Shown: piece by piece, positions 58,883 to 64,000 of the stretch | Position numbering within the stretch: the stretch's first letter is position 1 | Layout of the letters: each line of letters begins with the position of its first letter | NCBI GenBank assembly: GCA_950097015.1 | Contig: CATNEN010000011.1 | Span: 248,001 to 312,000 of the forward strand | Length of the DNA stretch: 64,000 bases | Direction of reading: 5' to 3' | From: Macrostomum hystrix | Taxonomy: Eukaryota > Animalia > Platyhelminthes | Program-made: the position numbers and the translations under genes | The notes under the pieces: model-generated | What the model saw: the letters and a program-made list of their open reading frames with translations, nothing else | Told to the model about the DNA's origin: nothing | The model's database searches: none

Positions 58883-59265
58883 ATGAAGATGCGTGACCTC
58901 ACTATCCTGACTGCTGACACGCAATCTGTGATGCGCTGGCTGGTGAAGTACCGGCTGCTACCCAACAAACGCCAGTGCCACAATGACAACTGCCCTACGA
59001 CACCCCTAATGCGGCTTCAACATCGTCAAGGTGATCGTTACGTTGATGGCTGTGCCTGGGCCTGCAAGGACTGCCTTGCTCAGGAGTCCATCAGGAACGG
59101 CTCATTCTTTGAGTGTAGCCACCTGCAGCTAACCCAACTGGTGGACTTCCTGTACTGGTGGGCCCTCAAGACACCGATGAAGGACACCATGCAGCGATTG
59201 GGCCAACTTCTGCCGTGATGTCTGTGCCCAAGTCCTGATTGACCACCCCATGCAGCTTGGTGGCT
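58883..59265 (+). pseudogene. Merlin/ISXO2-like transposase 5' fragment
   Basis: C...C...DG..WAC..C...SIRNGSFF..S.L....FLYWW then, frameshifted, DWANFCRDVC...LGG; breaks off before the VEIDE catalytic motif. Confidence 0.75.
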
Positions 59266-60197
59266 CGGTGAGCCACTACTACCCTGCCTGAAGTGGCTCA
59301 ATGATATAAGACTCTGAAAATAATTAAACAAACAAAACTGAAGGATAGCCAACATTTCCAATCCAAAAGTAATTATTGCCTAAAACCTAGGCAATGACTT
59401 AAGCAGAAAAGTCACAGTAAATTGAGTCAGTAGGTTGAGAATTGCTAGACTAAAAATCTAAGTGCACATTTTCATATGTACAATTGCCCAGAAAAGACTA
59501 GGACAATATAGAGTATTAGTATAGCATAGCTATCTTTTTAAGCAAAAGAGAGAAATTGAATTACTTAAAAATCATCTAAAATAATTCATTGCCTTTTGTC
59601 AGTAGCTAGACTAAATAATTGGAAAATAAAACTTTACTGCTGTCATAGTTACTGCTATAGTTTTTTTAGAGGCAGTGCTTATCCCCACGGTACTGTAGAA
59701 ATAATTTTTGTCTTATTCCTATGGTACCATGGGAATAATTTCCTGCTTATCCACATGGCACACTGACGAGATAGCTGTCCTATCTTCAACATATTCCGTG
59801 GGAATAATTTCCTGCTTATCCACACGGCACTGCCTTTTTTAGAAAGATAAGACAGCATCGCGGTTTCTTGTACTTTTACAATCAATTCTGACTTGAAATG
59901 AAACAATTAAACTGATATATACTTGACAACAGAAAGAAGTCGAATAATACGCACACACACTAGCCCTATTAAGAAACAGATAATTTAATTTCCTTGTGGC
60001 TACGTTAGCTTAGCTACAGGAATATTAGAACTTTTTTTCTACGAAAAAACAACGTTAAAAAGAGTTGCACTAGCAAGTTTTAACAAGTGCTTACCTTATT
60101 TAAAGAATAAAGAATATGTAACTACCCTAATGTATACATTTTTACAACCAACTTAAAATATAGTAAGTGATGAAATTTCTCTGTGTAGTGTGTGCTA

Positions 60198-60211
60198 GTT
60201 TCTATGGCAAA
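60198..60211. promoter_or_regulatory. Candidate RFX X-box upstream of CFAP43
   Basis: GTTTCTATGGCAAA matches GTYNCY-AT-RGNAAC at 13 of 14 positions, 78 bp before the ATG of a ciliary gene. Confidence 0.4.
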
Positions 60212-60288
60212 GAAATGTATTGTATTTTAAAACTATGCTTTTTGATCCATTTTCGTCTGACCTTTTGCCAATACTCCAATCAGCAGAC

Positions 60289-63200
60289 ATGGCTTTATCG
60301 AAGGCGAATCTAAGGTAAGCAGTTGCTTTCTATGCTAATTGAAAACCTTTATCCCTATACTTTGACTACCGGTAAATCGGTACTTGGTTTGATACACGAT
60401 CACATTTTTATGAAATGTTCCAAAGCTTTCTGTTTATCACCTGGGTCTAGTTGGTACACATTTTAAAGCATGATGCGTTGCAAGCTTCAATAAAACTTGC
60501 TATATTTACTGTTTGATAATTTTCAAGTCTTTTCTTAACTACACCTGATTTTCTACCTAAGGTAGAAAATGAAACTCTTCAACAGAGCAGCATACGCCAT
60601 GACATTATAGAATATGAAACTTCGAAGTCAACTTTCAATATATGATAACACTTATAGAAAAGCGGCAAAATTTTTTCTATTTTTGTGACTATTTTATTCT
60701 TTCAAGCGATGTTGTCTAAGTGTCAATATTATAGTAAAAGCATTTTTAAAAGCATTCAAAGCATGTGATTGCATTTTTTATTGAATGGGCTGATAGAGAA
60801 AGCTAGATGATTGAATATTTTAATATATAATCAAGAAACAGCAGTTTGTACTGTTGGCAAGCATTACCTTACTTTTCAAACTTAAAATTCTTATTTAAGT
60901 CCTTAAATTGGTACAAATAATATCGAGCTACTCTTAAAAATCAGCCACTATATGGAATTAAAAACTGTAAAACTATTTTTGCACCCATTTGAATCTGACA
61001 GCTGGTGCCAAGGATACGATGGCGGCAGGGTCTGGTTCGTAACTGATAACACAGTGTGTCACGCCTGCGGGAACAATGTAAAGTTTCATACAGAGGGTGC
61101 ACCAACTGCCATGGACTTCCGGCATGAACTAAGAAATTTAGGTCAACTAGCCACACAGCAGCAGAATCATCTGTTTGCCATAGCCGAAAGCGGCGTGCTC
61201 AAGCCGCGAATTCAAGTTTACGCTTACCCGGACATGAAATGCATTAACAAACCTATGGAAGGTAAGCGGGAAGTTTGAGCTGCCGGCAGTACATCTTGAG
61301 TATATTAAGAGCTAGCTTTTTTCAAGTTAAGTCCATGAACTATTTGCAGGCTCCGGCGAGCTCGAGATCACCGCACTGGCCTTCAGTTCTAGTGAGTACC
61401 TGTACGCTGCAACTGGCCTGCCAGATTTTCGCTTGTGCGTCTGGGACTACAACAAAGGTCACCTGCTTGCCCGAGTTGCCATGCCCGAGGTCGCTCCTGT
61501 ACAGCTGCTGGTCAGCCCAATGAACTGGCGCCTGGCAGCCATGCTGCACGGTACCAAAGTCACAGTGTTTGAAGTTGAGCGGTGCCAGGATCTCTTCCAG
61601 ATCAATTCTGTCACTCATCGATTGCCTCCTGCTGAGTCTGAGGTAGATTATATTACAATTTTCTGTGCTGACGCATCAGTCAGCGTATACTCTTGCAATA
61701 AAGTTCTCAGTGCAAATCAATTACGAGCTAGGTGCCTATTTTATAATTCAAAGCCAAAAAACAACCCGCTGCAGGTCGGCGCCGTTCAAGAATGCGACGC
61801 AGCTGGTGCCAAATCTCGGGTACCGACGCGTTCCTCGACTGCTGGGCGACAGCGCGGCCTTGTCGACTTGCCCGAATCTTCAGTGGCCGGTCTGGATCCA
61901 GAGTTTGCCGCCGAATTCGAAGAATATCGCGATATTGCAACCTGTCCCGAGCGCATGAAGGGTCGCAGCCTCGCCTGGTCCGAGCTGGATCGAGACTTCT
62001 ATGTGGGCTGCGCAGACAACTGCCTGGTGCGGTACGATGATGAGCGGCGAGCCATCCGGGTGCTGTACCGACCGACAGCCTCAACCTCACCCAGACACCC
62101 AGAGACAATTGCTGAGGAGGCCGAAGAGGAGGACGAGCAGGTGAACCTTGATTAACATGGTTTTAATTTGTACTCGCACATGGTGCTCATATTCATTCGA
62201 TAAAATTGGCCTGATCGTGCCAGGCGCCACAGCAAGCCGTTGTCACAGCTCCGTCGGCCCAACCAGTCTCATTCGAGCACATTTCTCTATCAACCCGTGG
62301 CCTGTACGCTGCTGGTGACTTCCTTCACCTTGTAACATTCGCTCCTGGCGGCGGTGACTTCTACATCCGCGGCGTTGAGCCAATCGAAACCGGACTGGTT
62401 GGTTTGGCCGTGTCCAGCCTGAGCGCCAACATGCGGCACGCCAAGCTGGCCGTCGGAACCCGTGACGGAGGAGTTCACCTGTTGAGCGTGGACAATGCCA
62501 GCCACGGCGCGACGGCTGTTCCAGTCTACCGCTGTCGCTCCGGCGGCTTCGTTGGAGCAGTCACTCTGCCCGGCGGCTCCGGAAATCTTGTGGCTGTGAG
62601 TCAGGAGTAACATTATTTAACAATTGATAGATAATTTTGACGGTGCGGGTATGGTTGCACCCATTTTGAATCAGAATGCCGAAAACCCAAACCCAAGTAC
62701 GAATGCTGTTGTTCTTCGACCAAGAGTTCATCGCCCATATCAGTATCAGCTTAGTCAAAGTGCAGTCAGTATCAGCTTTTCGCAGGCCTTTTATTATTTT
62801 CGTTTCAGTTCAGTGAAATTTCAACTCGAATATTTCAGACTGTTCGAGCCAGCGGCTTAGTGCAAGTGTGGGATTCAGGCTCAGGTGGCGCGCTGCTGTC
62901 TTCGCTGGAGCTGGGTGTCGAAGTGAGTATATAGTTTTGAGGTTGAAGAAATAGAGCGAAGCTCGTAATCATATATCCCAAATATTCAAACAATTGAATT
63001 GAAAGTTACATTGACTTAGCTGCAGGGTGGTCTACGGGCACACCGGGGAGGCAAGGGTCGCCCATACCGCTAACCTTTGTAGGCCTGCAGGCAAACAATG
63101 TACATAGACTTACGATCTAAAAAACGATCAGCTACCTCTACTGGCTCTTAAATCTCAGACTGGCAACGCAATGCGGACAGCTGAATGCTGATAAGCCTAA

Positions 63201-63905
63201 ATCCAACAATCTTAATCGCATTTCCAGGCGGCCTCCTTTGCCGGCAACCCCACAGCAAACGTGGCCCTCGTAGGCGGCCTGGACGGATCCGTCTCTGCCA
63301 TAGATTTTAGCAAACCGCGCGAGCCACGCCTCCTGTGCCGCCGCCAGCTGCACCAGGCTTGTCCCGTTGCCAAGATTGTCGTGGACCCAACTGGCCGCCT
63401 GTTTGTCACCGCCGCAGCCGATGGTCGAGCCTTCATTGGGTGGGCTCGGCCGTCGAGGTCATTTGACATCCTCGGCGGAGTGTCGGTGCCCGGCCAGGTA
63501 CAGGATATGTCCGTCTGCGGCATCAGCAGCGGCGGCGGTGCCGTTCAGGTGCTGGCATTGGCCAAGCTGCCCGGTCAGAAGGATCCTGGTCACGTGACGT
63601 TCTTCGAGATTAGCGACGAGCTAATGAAAAGTGAGTGCCGCTCGGATGCCTGCTAAGCAAAGTAGGTAAATTGATACATTTATTCTGAAAGGGCCTCGTC
63701 CGCCCACAATTTTGCACCCACAGACCCGTCCCAGTTCTATGGGCCAAGCCGTGGCCTCTTCGATGACGCCGCTGTGAAGCGGCAGGCCTTCAGGCTGGAT
63801 GCCAGCGGCTACGGCTGCACTCTATTCGGCGGTGATCGGCCCCGCTTTTACACCATCAGCAAAAGCACCCGGCAGTTGCTACTCTATCCGCTGCCCACTA
63901 GCCAG
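60289..63905 (+). CDS. CFAP43: Cilia- and flagella-associated protein 43 (WDR96), 5' part; continues beyond the window
   Basis: Exon 1 60289-60314. Exon 2 (61002-61261) WCQGYDGGRVWFVTDNTVCHACGNNVKF...KPRIQVYAYP matches my recollection of the CFAP43 N-terminus. Further WD40 exons (LPDFRLCVWDY, LAVGTRDG, LVGGLDGSV) with GT-AG boundaries. Confidence 0.88.
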
Positions 63906-64000
63906 GTAAATAAGGGCCGGCATAGCAACAAAAGTAGTCGTGAACTATTTAATCAATTGATCCAGTTCAATAGTCGGCTCCCTCATCTTCCATCTCCCTA

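Noticed and set aside
1-64000. rRNA, tRNA or prokaryotic operon features
   Set aside because: None recognised by eye; a tRNAscan-SE or Infernal run would be needed to exclude small RNA genes.

Overview
Eukaryotic (animal) genomic DNA with GT-AG introns. The intron minisatellites and the Gln/Ala-rich coding style resemble a free-living flatworm such as Macrostomum; this is an impression, not a determination. The left 39 kb is almost entirely transposable elements. 2.2-16.7 kb is a cluster of deleted Helitrons (A|TC...CTAG|T ends, Rep/PIF1-helicase fragments, head-to-tail and inverted junctions, nested hAT MITEs) mixed with Helentron-associated (HINE-like) elements and a 15-bp satellite. 17.9-22.8 kb is a decayed hAT element (perfect 8-bp TSD) interrupted by an apparently intact RTE-type LINE (10-bp TSD). 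The main finding is a 15.7-kb element at 23262-38947. It has 1.9-2.5-kb terminal inverted repeats filled with minisatellite, T7 on both flanks, a spliced and apparently intact KDZ (Kyakuja-Dileera-Zisupton, CxC2-type) transposase on the minus strand, and a convergent six-exon companion gene (HMG-box-like N-terminus, about 430-aa Gly/Pro/Ser repeat tail). The right 25 kb holds host genes: SNX1/2, HIBADH, the 5' part of CFAP43, a four-exon orphan and a Tyr/Cys/His-rich ORF. It also carries RNase H LINE remnants and a Merlin fragment. No rRNA, tRNA or CRISPR array was recognised. All family calls come from motif recognition by eye; no database search was run.
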